64,000 nt of DNA, from assembly GCA_033582455.1 (NCBI GenBank), contig JAVQRO010000007.1, positions 12,628-76,627 of the forward strand. The letters are read 5' to 3'. Below the pieces are notes generated by a model. It had not been told where the DNA came from and searched no databases. It saw only the letters and a program-made list of their open reading frames with translations. Below, piece after piece: positions 28,294 through 37,652 of this stretch. Each line of letters starts with the position of its first letter. Within the stretch, counting starts at the first letter, position 1. This DNA is from Thermomicrobium sp. (GTDB lineage Bacteria; Chloroflexota; Chloroflexia; Thermomicrobiales; Thermomicrobiaceae). The position numbers and the translations under genes were made by a program.

Positions 28294-31029
28294 ATGGAGG
28301 AGGAGCGCGATGCTCGTCCGCGACCGACGTCGCTCGAACCACACCGCGAGAGGGCCGAATCGACGGATGGTTCGAACCCGACGATCTCCGACCGGTTGGT
28401 CACGCTGACCCGTCTCGGAACGCTGTTGAACCGCGCGACCGACTTGCGCGCTGCCGTGGAAGAGACCCTACCGCTGGTATTGCAGGTCATCGGCTCGAGC
28501 ACGGGCTGGATGATGCTGCGCCAGGGGGAGTCGTTCGAACTGGTCGCTGCCGCAGGACTGCCCCCAGGACTCGTCGCTGAAGACCACCGCCTGCTCCGTT
28601 GGTCGCCGTGTCGTTGCCAGCGTCTCGCCGCTTCCGGAGACCTCGCCACCACGGCCGAGATCATCGGCTGCGAACGCCTGGCCCGCATCCGCGAGCAGGC
28701 TCGCGACGCGGACGAAGCCGAGCTGCTCACCGGTGGGCTCCGCTGGCACCTCTCGATACCGCTCCGCTCGCCGACCGGGAACATCGTCGGTCTCTTGAAC
28801 GTCGCACGCCGCGATTCCAGTCCGCTCGACGCAGCGACCACCCTCTTCCTCGATCTGGTCGGGGAGTTTCTGGCGAGCGCGATCGAGCGAGCTGCATTGA
28901 CTGCGGAATTGCGACGACTCCGTTCAGAAGAGCGGGAGCGTGCGACCACGCTCGCCCAGATGCTCGTCGGAAGGGAACGGCTCACGGACGTCGCGGAATC
29001 GATCTTCTCGGTCCTGCAACCGATCCTCGGCTCCGATGCGCTGGGACTGCTCGTCGTCGACCCATCCGGCCGGTTCCTGGTTCTCCGCGCCGCCCGTGGT
29101 TGGGCGGCCGACTGGGTTGGACGCCTGTGGCTCCCGGTCCAGCCACCGACGCACAACGGACCGGCATGGGCACTCCATGTCGCCCGCCCGTTCACGATCC
29201 GGCTGGACCAGCTCACTCGCCCCTTCCACGTGCCGCCGCCGGTGGTCCAGGCGGGCGTCCGGATGTCCGCGTTTTTCCCCCTCTTCGCCGACCAACGACC
29301 CGTCGGCGTGCTCGTCGCCAACTCGTTTCGCCTCGTCGACCTGACCGAGGAGCAGGTGCGCTTCGCGCAGCTTCTCGCCGAGATCGGCGCGCTCGCCATC
29401 GCCCGGGCACTGGAGCGCGAACGGAGCGAGGAACTGGTGAGCGAACTCCCGCTCGGCGTGTTTCAGCTCGACGCCGCCGGTCGCCTCGTGCGAGCGAACC
29501 GAGCCTTCGCGCGCTTGCTCGGTCGGGAACGCCCCGAAGACGTCGAAGGATCCACCTTCGCAGACCTCTTCGCGGAACGGGCCGAGGCGCACCGTTTCTG
29601 GCGCGCACTCCGGCGCGGAGCGCTCCTCAGCGGCGTGGAATATCGCTGGCGGCGACCGGACGGCACGACGCTCTGGGTCCGTCTCTCAGCTCGCGCGACT
29701 CGAACCCCTGACGAGCAGGTCCTCCTCGTCGAGGGCACGGCCGAGGACATCAGCGAACGCAAACGGACGGAAGAGCATCTCGTCTACCTCGCTCGTCACG
29801 ACCCGCTGACCGGCATCGCCAACCGGTACGCGCTCATGGAGACGCTCGGGCGAGTTCTCGCCGAACACCGGCAGCTCCAGCGCGGCGGTGCCTTGCTCCT
29901 GATCGATCTCGACAACTTCAAGGTGGTCAACGACCGACTCGGGCACGCGGCCGGCGATGCCGTGTTGCGTTCGGTGGCGACACGCCTGGCCGGTATCGCA
30001 CGGACGAGCCAACTGGTCGCCCGGCTCGGCGGCGACGAGTTCGCTGTCCTGATCTTCCCGGCCACTCTCGCCACCGCCGAACGGGTCGCGCAGCGGGTCC
30101 TCGCAGCGATCGGGGAGATCACCGTGACGCTGCCCGAGCGCATCCTGCGCCTCGGCGCGAGCTGCGGCATCGCCCTTTTTCCCGAACATGGGACGACCGT
30201 CGAGGAACTGCTGATCGCAGCCGACCGCGCACTCTACACCGCCAAGTACCGTGGCGGTCGTCGCAGCGCAACGTACGATCCTCGAGAAGCGTATCGGATC
30301 CCGATCACCACACGGATTGCCACCGATCTAGAGACCGCGCTGGAGGACGGGACTTTCTTGCTCTATGCGCAGCCGATCCTCGACCTCCGCACCGGTCTCG
30401 TGGCCGGACACGAGCTGCTCGTCCGCCTCAGGGAGGATGAGCGACTGCTCGATCCGAGTTCCTTTCTGCCGATCGCGGAGCGACTCGGGCTGATGCCGAA
30501 GATCGATCGGTGGGTCGTGGAACGCGCGATCCACTATGCTCGGGGCTCCCCAACGCGCATCCACGTCAATCTCTCCGCGCAGACGCTGCACGATGCGGAG
30601 ACGCTCGACGCCCTCGCCGAACTCATGTCGCGTCACAGCGTCCCGTCTGGAACCATCGTGCTCGAACTGACAGAGACTATCGCAGTCACGGACGTCGCCT
30701 GGGCACGAGAGCAGCTCGGTCAGCTGCGCGACCAGGGATACCTCTTGGCGATCGACGACTTCGGCGTCGGTTACTCCTCGCTCTACCAGCTCCGTTCGCT
30801 GCCGGTCGACTTCGTCAAGATCGACGGCAGTTTCGTCACCGACGTGCTGCAGGACACGGTGAACCGAAACGTCGTGCGCGCTATCGTAGAGCTCGCCCAC
30901 GCGTTGGGCGCTGCGACGATCGCCGAGTGGGTGGAGCACGAGCCGGTGCTCCGAGCGCTGCGCGAACTCGGTGTCGACTACGCCCAGGGGTATGCCACCG
31001 GCCGACCAGAACCGGTCGAACGACTCTGA
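28294..31029 (+). CDS. GAF-GAF-PAS-GGDEF-EAL diguanylate cyclase/phosphodiesterase
   Basis: HDPLTGIANR, DLDNFK.VND, RLGGDEF; EAL domain with ELL, ELTE, IDDFGVGYSSL, VKIDGSF, AEWVE, YAQGY. Start uncertain (28171-28294). Confidence 0.93.
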   Translation: MEEERDARPRPTSLEPHRERAESTDGSNPTISDRLVTLTRLGTLLNRATDLRAAVEETLPLVLQVIGSSTGWMMLRQGESFELVAAAGLPPGLVAEDHRLLRWSPCRCQRLAASGDLATTAEIIGCERLARIREQARDADEAELLTGGLRWHLSIPLRSPTGNIVGLLNVARRDSSPLDAATTLFLDLVGEFLASAIERAALTAELRRLRSEERERATTLAQMLVGRERLTDVAESIFSVLQPILGSDALGLLVVDPSGRFLVLRAARGWAADWVGRLWLPVQPPTHNGPAWALHVARPFTIRLDQLTRPFHVPPPVVQAGVRMSAFFPLFADQRPVGVLVANSFRLVDLTEEQVRFAQLLAEIGALAIARALERERSEELVSELPLGVFQLDAAGRLVRANRAFARLLGRERPEDVEGSTFADLFAERAEAHRFWRALRRGALLSGVEYRWRRPDGTTLWVRLSARATRTPDEQVLLVEGTAEDISERKRTEEHLVYLARHDPLTGIANRYALMETLGRVLAEHRQLQRGGALLLIDLDNFKVVNDRLGHAAGDAVLRSVATRLAGIARTSQLVARLGGDEFAVLIFPATLATAERVAQRVLAAIGEITVTLPERILRLGASCGIALFPEHGTTVEELLIAADRALYTAKYRGGRRSATYDPREAYRIPITTRIATDLETALEDGTFLLYAQPILDLRTGLVAGHELLVRLREDERLLDPSSFLPIAERLGLMPKIDRWVVERAIHYARGSPTRIHVNLSAQTLHDAETLDALAELMSRHSVPSGTIVLELTETIAVTDVAWAREQLGQLRDQGYLLAIDDFGVGYSSLYQLRSLPVDFVKIDGSFVTDVLQDTVNRNVVRAIVELAHALGAATIAEWVEHEPVLRALRELGVDYAQGYATGRPEPVERL

Positions 31030-31085
31030 CGCCTGCGCGTACACTCAGCTGTCGGCAAGACGTCATCTGGCGCAGGGAGGCACCG

Positions 31086-31796
31086 ATGAGCAACGAGCGG
31101 CCGGTCGTACTCATCACGGGTGGCACGGGTCAGGTCGGCTCGATCGTCACGCACTGGTTCGCCGAGCGCGAGACTCGTCTCTTCGTGCCCTACCGCTCTC
31201 CCGAAGCATGGGAACGGCTTCGCGAACGCCTCGGCCCGCTGGCGGAAGCCGTCGCAGGGCGACGCGTCGACCTCGCACAGCCGGACGGAGCCGAGCAGGC
31301 GGTCGCAGGAGCCGTCGAGCGGTACGGGCGCGTGGACTGGGTCCTCTGCTTGGCGGGCGGCTTCCAGCCGGGGCGGATCACCGAGACGACTCCTGCACTC
31401 TGGCAGGAGCTCCTCGCGCTCAACCTCTGGCCGACCGCCAATGTCCTGCGCGCGGTCGTGCCGCGGCTCTTGGCGCAAGGGGCAGGAAGGATCGTCACCG
31501 TCGGCGCGCGCTCGGCGCTCGAACCCGGTGCCGGAGCGGTCGCGTACGCGGCAGTGAAGCACGCGGTCATCACGCTCACGCTGGCCGTGTCGCGGGAACT
31601 CCGCGGGACTGGAGTGACCGCCAACTGTATCGCACCGGCAACGATCGATACGCCTGCCAACCGCGCTGCCATGCCGAATGCCGACCATTCCAAGTGGGTC
31701 CGCCCGGAGCAGGTGGCGGCATTGCTCTGGTACCTCTGCTCTCCAGAGGCTGCCGCCGTCAATGGAGCGGTCATTCCCATCGTCGGCGGGCAATGA
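31086..31796 (+). CDS. Short-chain dehydrogenase/reductase
   Basis: ITGGTGQVG, YAAVK (YxxxK), NCIAPATIDT. Confidence 0.92.
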   Translation: MSNERPVVLITGGTGQVGSIVTHWFAERETRLFVPYRSPEAWERLRERLGPLAEAVAGRRVDLAQPDGAEQAVAGAVERYGRVDWVLCLAGGFQPGRITETTPALWQELLALNLWPTANVLRAVVPRLLAQGAGRIVTVGARSALEPGAGAVAYAAVKHAVITLTLAVSRELRGTGVTANCIAPATIDTPANRAAMPNADHSKWVRPEQVAALLWYLCSPEAAAVNGAVIPIVGGQ

Positions 31797-31800
31797 GGAG

Positions 31801-33501
31801 CTACCAGCGACCAGCAGCGTGAGTCGGCATGTCGGAGCGTGGCCGACCGTCCCACGTCGCCCCGTAGAGATGCCAGCGGAACGCCTCGACGAGCGAACGG
31901 AGCGTGCGCGTGATCTCCTCCGGTCTCGGCTGGCCATCGGGAGCGAACCAGGGACCGACCGGCTCGGGAGAGAGAACGGTCGCACCGTGGGTCGGCACCT
32001 CCGGGTGCGGTGCTCCGTCCCAGCTGATCCCGTAGAGGTGCCAGCGGAACGCTTCGACCAGCGCACGGAGCGTCGCCTCGGTGGCCTGCCGGTCGAAGCC
32101 GTTCTCGGTAACCAACACCGGCACCGGCTCGCCCGGCCGGAGTTCCGCTGCATGGGTCGGCAGGTCACCGCGGTGGTCGACCCCGTCCCAACTCATCCCG
32201 TACAGGTGCCACCGAAACGCTTCCACCAGTGCGCGTGCCGTCGCATTGATCGCCTCGGCACGCGGCTGTCCGCGACTGTCGAACCAGGGGCCATCGGCCA
32301 GGTCCCAACTCGCGACGACGTCCCAAACGGTCCGCAGTTCCCGCCCGTCCACGTCGCGGGCGATCGCCTCGACGGGGTGATTCCCGGGGTCGAGGTGCGC
32401 GGTCACGGTGACCGTCGGTTCCCGACTGCGCGCCTCCTGTCCTGCGACACGTAACACGAGTTCCGCGAGCGGGCGTGGTGACGAGACCGTGACGCTGAAG
32501 GAGACCGGGCCAGGCAGGACGGTCGACCAGCGCGCCGGCTGGACCGAGACGAAGGAGAGCGTTTCGTGCGGGGTCGGAGGCGGGGTCGAAGGTGGTGGAA
32601 CGGGCGGCGTCGGGGGAGGGATCGGAGCCGGCTGCACCGTGCAACCAACGTCGGCACAGAAGTCCTCGACGAACGTCAGGACGTCCGGCGTGACCCGCCG
32701 GGCGAAGTTCGCCGAGAGCGTCTCGAAAGAGACGATGCCGAAGACGGCCCAACCGTCAGCCGTGACGAGCGGCCCACCGCTCATCCCCTCGACGAGATCA
32801 GCCTGCAGTCCGAGCAGGGCGGGCCCGACGGGCACGAGCCCCTGCCCAGGAGCCATCCACAACGTGCCGAACGGCTTGTCGCCCGGATAGCCGAAGGCGG
32901 TATAGGAGACGTGGTTCAGCTCCTCGTCGGACAGCGAGGTGAGCGCCAGTGTTCCCGCTCGCTCGCCGAGCGGTTCAGCCAGCGTGACGACGCCGATGTC
33001 GAACGCCACCGGCTCGCCGAGTTCGACCCATCCGCGCGGCACGGCCATCTCGACGCCCCGCGTCGTCCCGAACGGGGCGACGACCTGCGTACCGGTCCGG
33101 TCAGCGCCAGGAACCACCACGAGTACATCGACCCACCCCCCGAACTCGGACGCGTACAGGCAATGGGCGCTCGTGAGGACGACGTCGCGTCCGACCAACG
33201 TGCCCGAGCAGGTGACCATGACTCCGGTGGAGAACTCGCCGACCAGCAGCACGATCGCTGCAGCAGGGAGCTGCGTCGTCGGCGTGACGCGCGTCCGTTC
33301 GTCCGGTGGGAAGACGCGCTGATACGAGGCTCGGCTGGCTCGCTCGAGCAGCGCATCCGCGGAGACCTCGTTCGACCGAACGAGCCGGTGCTGGACGAAG
33401 GAACCCGGCTCAGCCGCGACCGGGGCGGCCACGAGCACCACCGGGAGAGCGAACGAGGCGACGAGCAGGAATGCGAGCCATCGAACACCGCGGTTCAACA
33501 T
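31801..33501 (-). CDS. Secreted trypsin-like (V8/glutamyl endopeptidase-like) serine protease with Ig-like domain and three C-terminal 56-aa repeats
   Basis: Signal peptide; CSGTLVG..VVLTSAHC, DIGV, GMSGGP triad motifs; Pro-rich linker; repeated LVEAFRWHLYG. Confidence 0.88.
   Translation of the reverse strand: MLNRGVRWLAFLLVASFALPVVLVAAPVAAEPGSFVQHRLVRSNEVSADALLERASRASYQRVFPPDERTRVTPTTQLPAAAIVLLVGEFSTGVMVTCSGTLVGRDVVLTSAHCLYASEFGGWVDVLVVVPGADRTGTQVVAPFGTTRGVEMAVPRGWVELGEPVAFDIGVVTLAEPLGERAGTLALTSLSDEELNHVSYTAFGYPGDKPFGTLWMAPGQGLVPVGPALLGLQADLVEGMSGGPLVTADGWAVFGIVSFETLSANFARRVTPDVLTFVEDFCADVGCTVQPAPIPPPTPPVPPPSTPPPTPHETLSFVSVQPARWSTVLPGPVSFSVTVSSPRPLAELVLRVAGQEARSREPTVTVTAHLDPGNHPVEAIARDVDGRELRTVWDVVASWDLADGPWFDSRGQPRAEAINATARALVEAFRWHLYGMSWDGVDHRGDLPTHAAELRPGEPVPVLVTENGFDRQATEATLRALVEAFRWHLYGISWDGAPHPEVPTHGATVLSPEPVGPWFAPDGQPRPEEITRTLRSLVEAFRWHLYGATWDGRPRSDMPTHAAGRW
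31805..32300 (-). repeat. Three coding tandem repeats with exact 168-nt (56-aa) period
   Basis: The conserved core CCCGTA(G/C)AG(A/G)TGCCA(G/C)CG(G/A)AACGC begins at 31861, 32029 and 32197 on the + strand. Confidence 0.9.
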
Positions 33502-33649
33502 CGCCCCCTAGCCGATTCAGCGCTACCGATCCCACTCTACAGATCGGTGGAACCGACAGCAAGCACGAGAGGACTCTTCAGGAGTATCCTAGGTCGGTCA
33601 GGCGGGGCGGCGCGCGCCGAGCCCTGAGTCTGGACGGGAGGGAGTTCTC

Positions 33650-34396
33650 GTGGGAGACGAGCGACGGGTGCTCGTGGTCGTTGCGCACCCGGACGACATG
33701 GAGATCGGGTGTGGGGGAACGGTCGCCCGCTGGGTCGACGAGGGTTGGACGGTCGCCCTCGTCGTCGTGACGGATGGAGGCGGCGGCGGTCCTGACGACG
33801 CCGAGGACGTCAGCCCAGAGGCACGGCGACGAATCAGCGAGATCCGCAAGGCGGAGCAGCACGAGGGAGCGCGTATTCTCGGTGTGCAATCCGTCGCATT
33901 CCTCGATTACCCGGATGGTCGACTCGAACCGACCTTGGACCTGCGGCGTGACCTCGTCCGCGTCATCCGACACTTTCGACCCCAGATCTTGGTCATCCCG
34001 TCACCGGATCGGAACTGGTCACCGGGATACCAGGTCGGGCGCTATCACCCGGACCACCTGGCGGTCGGGCAAGCGGCGCTCGCGGCGGTCTATCCGGCGG
34101 CTGGGAACGCGTGGGACTTCCCGGAACTCCTCGCGGAAGGACTTCGCCCGCATCACGTGCAAGAGATCTGGGTCATCAACGCCCCGGTCCTGAACCACGC
34201 TGTGGACATCACGACGACGATCGAACGGAAGCTCGAGGCACTCAAGGCCCACCGGAGCCAGTTCGGTGAGCGCCTCGCCCTCTTGGAACGCTGGATCCGG
34301 CAAGCCGCGATGGAACGAGGTGTCCGACACGGGATGCACTTCGCGGAGGAGTTCCATCGGATCCGCGTCCGGGAACCGTTCCCGTTCCGACGGTGA
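33650..34396 (+). CDS. PIG-L/LmbE family deacetylase
   Basis: AHPDDMEIGCGGT, RKAEQ, YPDG, HPDH metal-binding motifs. Confidence 0.92.
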   Translation: MGDERRVLVVVAHPDDMEIGCGGTVARWVDEGWTVALVVVTDGGGGGPDDAEDVSPEARRRISEIRKAEQHEGARILGVQSVAFLDYPDGRLEPTLDLRRDLVRVIRHFRPQILVIPSPDRNWSPGYQVGRYHPDHLAVGQAALAAVYPAAGNAWDFPELLAEGLRPHHVQEIWVINAPVLNHAVDITTTIERKLEALKAHRSQFGERLALLERWIRQAAMERGVRHGMHFAEEFHRIRVREPFPFRR

Positions 34397-34451
34397 GGCG
34401 AGCGAACGGAGGACCGCTGATCCCCCATGCGGCCCTCCGCCCTTCGCCGCT

Positions 34452-35228
34452 TCACCCGGCTCGACTGACGACCGTCGGACTCTCCGATCCAGCCGGGCAG
34501 GTCAAGGCCGCAAGGATTTCCGCTCGCAATGCCGCGAGGCGCGCGTCACCGCGTGCGCGTGGCCGTGGGACGTCGATCGGCACCATCCGGTGGATCGTCG
34601 CGGGCGTACCTGCGAGGAGCACGATCCGGTCCGCTAGCCACACCGCTTCGTCGACATCGTGCGTCACCAAGACGGTGGTGAACCCGAAGCGTTCCCAGAG
34701 TTCCAGCAGGTAGGCCTGGAGGCGCAACCGCGTGAGCGCATCCACCGCACTGAAGGGCTCGTCGAGCAACAGGAGGTCGGGTTCGGTGACGAGCGCTCGG
34801 GCGAGCGCCACCCGCTGAGCCATCCCACCGGAGAGTTGACGCGGCCATGCGGTGAATGCACGCTCCGGCAGATGGACGGTCGCGAGTGCAGCGAACGCCC
34901 GCTGTCGGCGTTCCGCAAGCGTTCGACCCGGCGCGACGAGCGCGACGTTCTCCCAGGCACGCAACCACGGCAAGAGACGCGGCTCCTGAAAGACGAACGC
35001 GATGTGCGGCCGATCCCCTCCTCCATCGGCTCGCTCGATGCGAACGCTCCCCTGTGCGACCGGTACCGTTCCGGCGAGGAGACGCAACAGCGTCGTCTTG
35101 CCCACACCGCTCGGACCGACGACCGCGACGAACGATCCGGCGTCGACCTTCAGCGTCAGACCGGAGAGGACCGGTTGGCGACCGAGAGCGACCGTGACGT
35201 CATCGAGCAGGACTGTGGCACCGTTCAC
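34452..35228 (-). CDS. ABC transporter ATP-binding protein (SsuB/TauB-like)
   Basis: GPSGVGKTT, FQEPRLLPW, LSGGMAQR, LLDEPFSAVD, VTHDVDEA. Confidence 0.92.
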   Translation of the reverse strand: MNGATVLLDDVTVALGRQPVLSGLTLKVDAGSFVAVVGPSGVGKTTLLRLLAGTVPVAQGSVRIERADGGGDRPHIAFVFQEPRLLPWLRAWENVALVAPGRTLAERRQRAFAALATVHLPERAFTAWPRQLSGGMAQRVALARALVTEPDLLLLDEPFSAVDALTRLRLQAYLLELWERFGFTTVLVTHDVDEAVWLADRIVLLAGTPATIHRMVPIDVPRPRARGDARLAALRAEILAALTCPAGSESPTVVSRAG

Positions 35229-36091
35229 GAGCGATCCTCCTCGTCTTGGACACGCGCCACCGTTTCACGCCAGACCAGCAGAGACCGCTCGCCCCTCGCG
35301 AGCAGCGTGTCCGAGAGCTTCCCGAGAAGCCCGAACAGGAGCAGCGCGACGATGACGCGATCGGGACGCATGGTCGACTGTCCATCGACGAGCAGAAACC
35401 CCAGTCCCCGACTCGCCGCGATCAACTCAGCCGCGACGACGAACATCCAGCCGAGACTCAGCCCTGCACGGAGACCGGTGAGCACGCCCGGGAGCGCACC
35501 AGGTACTACGACCGCGCGGAACGTCCGCCAGCGCCCGAGCCGGTACACGTGGGCGAACTCGAGCAGCCGCCAGTCGATGCTTCCGACACCCGCTGAGACG
35601 TTGAAATAGACCGGCAGAAAGACACCGAGCGCGATGAGGAGTACACGCGCCTGCTCGCCGATACCGAACCAGAGCAGAAACAGCGGCACCCAGGCGAGCG
35701 AGGGGATAGCGCGTAGTCCTTGGATCGTCGGTTCGAGCGCCCGGCGAAGCGTCGGCCAAAGACCTGTCGCCACGCCGAAGACGATACCGGGGACTGCACC
35801 GCACGCGTACCCCCACGCCAGTCGTCGGACCGTCGCGAGCAGGTGCACGAGCAGCTCACCGCGCGCGATCATCTCCAACAGAGTCCACGACACGCGCGCA
35901 GGCGGTGGAAGCAGATACGCGTCGATCCACCCCGTCGCGACGATCCCCCACCAGGCAGTGACGACGGACGCCGGCACCAGCCACGGCACGAGCGGGCGCG
36001 CGACTCGTCGCCACCGGGAACGACCGCGTCCTGAACGATTCCGCGCCTTCAGTGCATCACTCGCTACGGAAAACGACGAGGAGCCCATCAC
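35225..36091 (-). CDS. ABC transporter permease (SsuC/TauC-like)
   Basis: LRAIPSLAW.PL, VAAELIAASRGLG. Confidence 0.92.
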   Translation of the reverse strand: MMGSSSFSVASDALKARNRSGRGRSRWRRVARPLVPWLVPASVVTAWWGIVATGWIDAYLLPPPARVSWTLLEMIARGELLVHLLATVRRLAWGYACGAVPGIVFGVATGLWPTLRRALEPTIQGLRAIPSLAWVPLFLLWFGIGEQARVLLIALGVFLPVYFNVSAGVGSIDWRLLEFAHVYRLGRWRTFRAVVVPGALPGVLTGLRAGLSLGWMFVVAAELIAASRGLGFLLVDGQSTMRPDRVIVALLLFGLLGKLSDTLLARGERSLLVWRETVARVQDEEDRS

Positions 36092-36097
36092 GCCCCC

Positions 36098-37147
36098 CTA
36101 ACTCGCTCGCCCGAGAGCGCGTCGGGCCGGCGACGGCTCGATCAGCGTGGCGAGCGCTCCTTCCAGATCGGCTCCCGGTTGGACGAGACCTTCCTTCCGG
36201 ATCAACGGAACGAGTTCGGTCAGGGTCGCCCGAAGCGCCTCGCCTGGGATCGGATCGGGGAACGAGACACGCTCGCTGAGGACCTTGCGCGCGACCGAGC
36301 GATCGAGCTGGGCAGCCTCGCTCAGGATCTGTGCCAGCTCATCCGGATGCGCCAGCACCCACTGTCGTCCCCGTTCGTAGAGCGCGAGAACCCGCTCGAC
36401 CACGTCCGGATGGCTCGCGATGAACGACTCCAGCGCGTTCAGCGTCCCGAAGGTGTTCCACTCGCGCCGCCGGAAAAAGAGACGAGCACCGGCGGTCAGC
36501 TCCGCGTGCGCCATGTACGGATCGAGTCCGGCCCAGGCATCCACTTCGCCGCGGAGGAGCGCTCGTTCGCCGTCAGGGTGCTGGAGTTGCACGACCGTCA
36601 CATCGCCCGCCGAGAGACCGACGCTGTCGAGCGCGCGGAGGAGGAAGAACCACGGATCGGTCCCCCGGGTGGCCGCGATCGTCGTTCCGCGGAGGTCGGT
36701 GACCGAGGCGATCGGAGTTTCCTGGCGAGTGACGAGGGCGGTCCACTCCGGTTGCGCGTAGATCCAGACCGTCTTCAGCGGTACGCCGTTGGCACGGGCG
36801 AGCACGGCCGCGCTCCCCGCCGTCGAGCCGAAGTGGACAGCGCCGCTAGCGGTGAACTCGTTCGCCTTGTTGCTGCCGAGGCTCAAGACCCATTCGACCG
36901 CAGTCCCCTGCGCGGCGAACTCCTCCTCCACCCACCCCTGGTGCTTGAGGACGAGACTGACCGGGTTGTAGTAGGCGTAATCGAGGCGAAGAACCGCGAG
37001 CCGACCGCGGCTCGCGGCAGTCGGTGAGACCGCGCTGTGGTTCGTGCTCGACCCCGTGTCGGTCCGCTCCTGGCCGCAGCTGGCCAGAAGTCCACTCAAG
37101 ACGACGGCCGAAGCGGTCCGTAGGAAGGTTCGTCGTGTCCCACGCAT
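36098..37147 (-). CDS. Aliphatic sulfonate-type ABC substrate-binding lipoprotein (SsuA-like)
   Basis: RRTFL twin-Arg-like N-terminus with LLASC lipobox; LDYAYYNP, SLGSNKANE, TRGTDP, AWAGLDP. Confidence 0.88.
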   Translation of the reverse strand: MRGTRRTFLRTASAVVLSGLLASCGQERTDTGSSTNHSAVSPTAASRGRLAVLRLDYAYYNPVSLVLKHQGWVEEEFAAQGTAVEWVLSLGSNKANEFTASGAVHFGSTAGSAAVLARANGVPLKTVWIYAQPEWTALVTRQETPIASVTDLRGTTIAATRGTDPWFFLLRALDSVGLSAGDVTVVQLQHPDGERALLRGEVDAWAGLDPYMAHAELTAGARLFFRRREWNTFGTLNALESFIASHPDVVERVLALYERGRQWVLAHPDELAQILSEAAQLDRSVARKVLSERVSFPDPIPGEALRATLTELVPLIRKEGLVQPGADLEGALATLIEPSPARRALGRAS

Positions 37148-37652
37148 CCTCGAGTCCTCCTCGTTCGCATCGTCGCACCGAGCCGACGACCGTCCCGTGC
37201 ACGGCTTCCAAGCGAGCCGACGCACGGTACAGTTCGGCCTACGCCGAGAACTGGAACGTGGTTCCGGGGATCAGAGGACTACGCGGAGCGAGGACACTCG
37301 CAGATCCGTGGCCAGAAGGCGAAGACCCCGACCATCGCCGGGCATGGGGGAACCGAACTCGCTCGGTCCTGAGTGCGATTGCGACGCGGTACCATCGTCG
37401 GGTTCCTGGCCACACCGAACCGATCGCGAACCGACACCATTTACCCTACCGGACGGTTCCACCCGTGTCAAGGCAGCAAGCGAACGCGCGCGACGCCCAC
37501 GAGGATCCATCGCTGTGCTTTGGATCCCCGGCACGGCCCCGAACGTCGTGCCGTCTCTTTCCACGAGTCGACTGGCTGTGCGAAACTCCCCGACGGTGCT
37601 GGAACCACGACCGTCGTTCCTCCGCACCGCTGAGAGGCAGAGGAGGACAGGG

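Noticed and set aside
31861-32230. 168-nt periodic repeats as a CRISPR array
   Set aside because: The repeats are in-frame coding, vary at synonymous positions and lie inside a protease gene. There are no unique spacers and no cas genes.
37148-37652. SAM or other sulfur riboswitch upstream of the ssuA-like operon
   Set aside because: No SAM-I core (AUCxAGAG...GCAACC) was seen on the minus strand.
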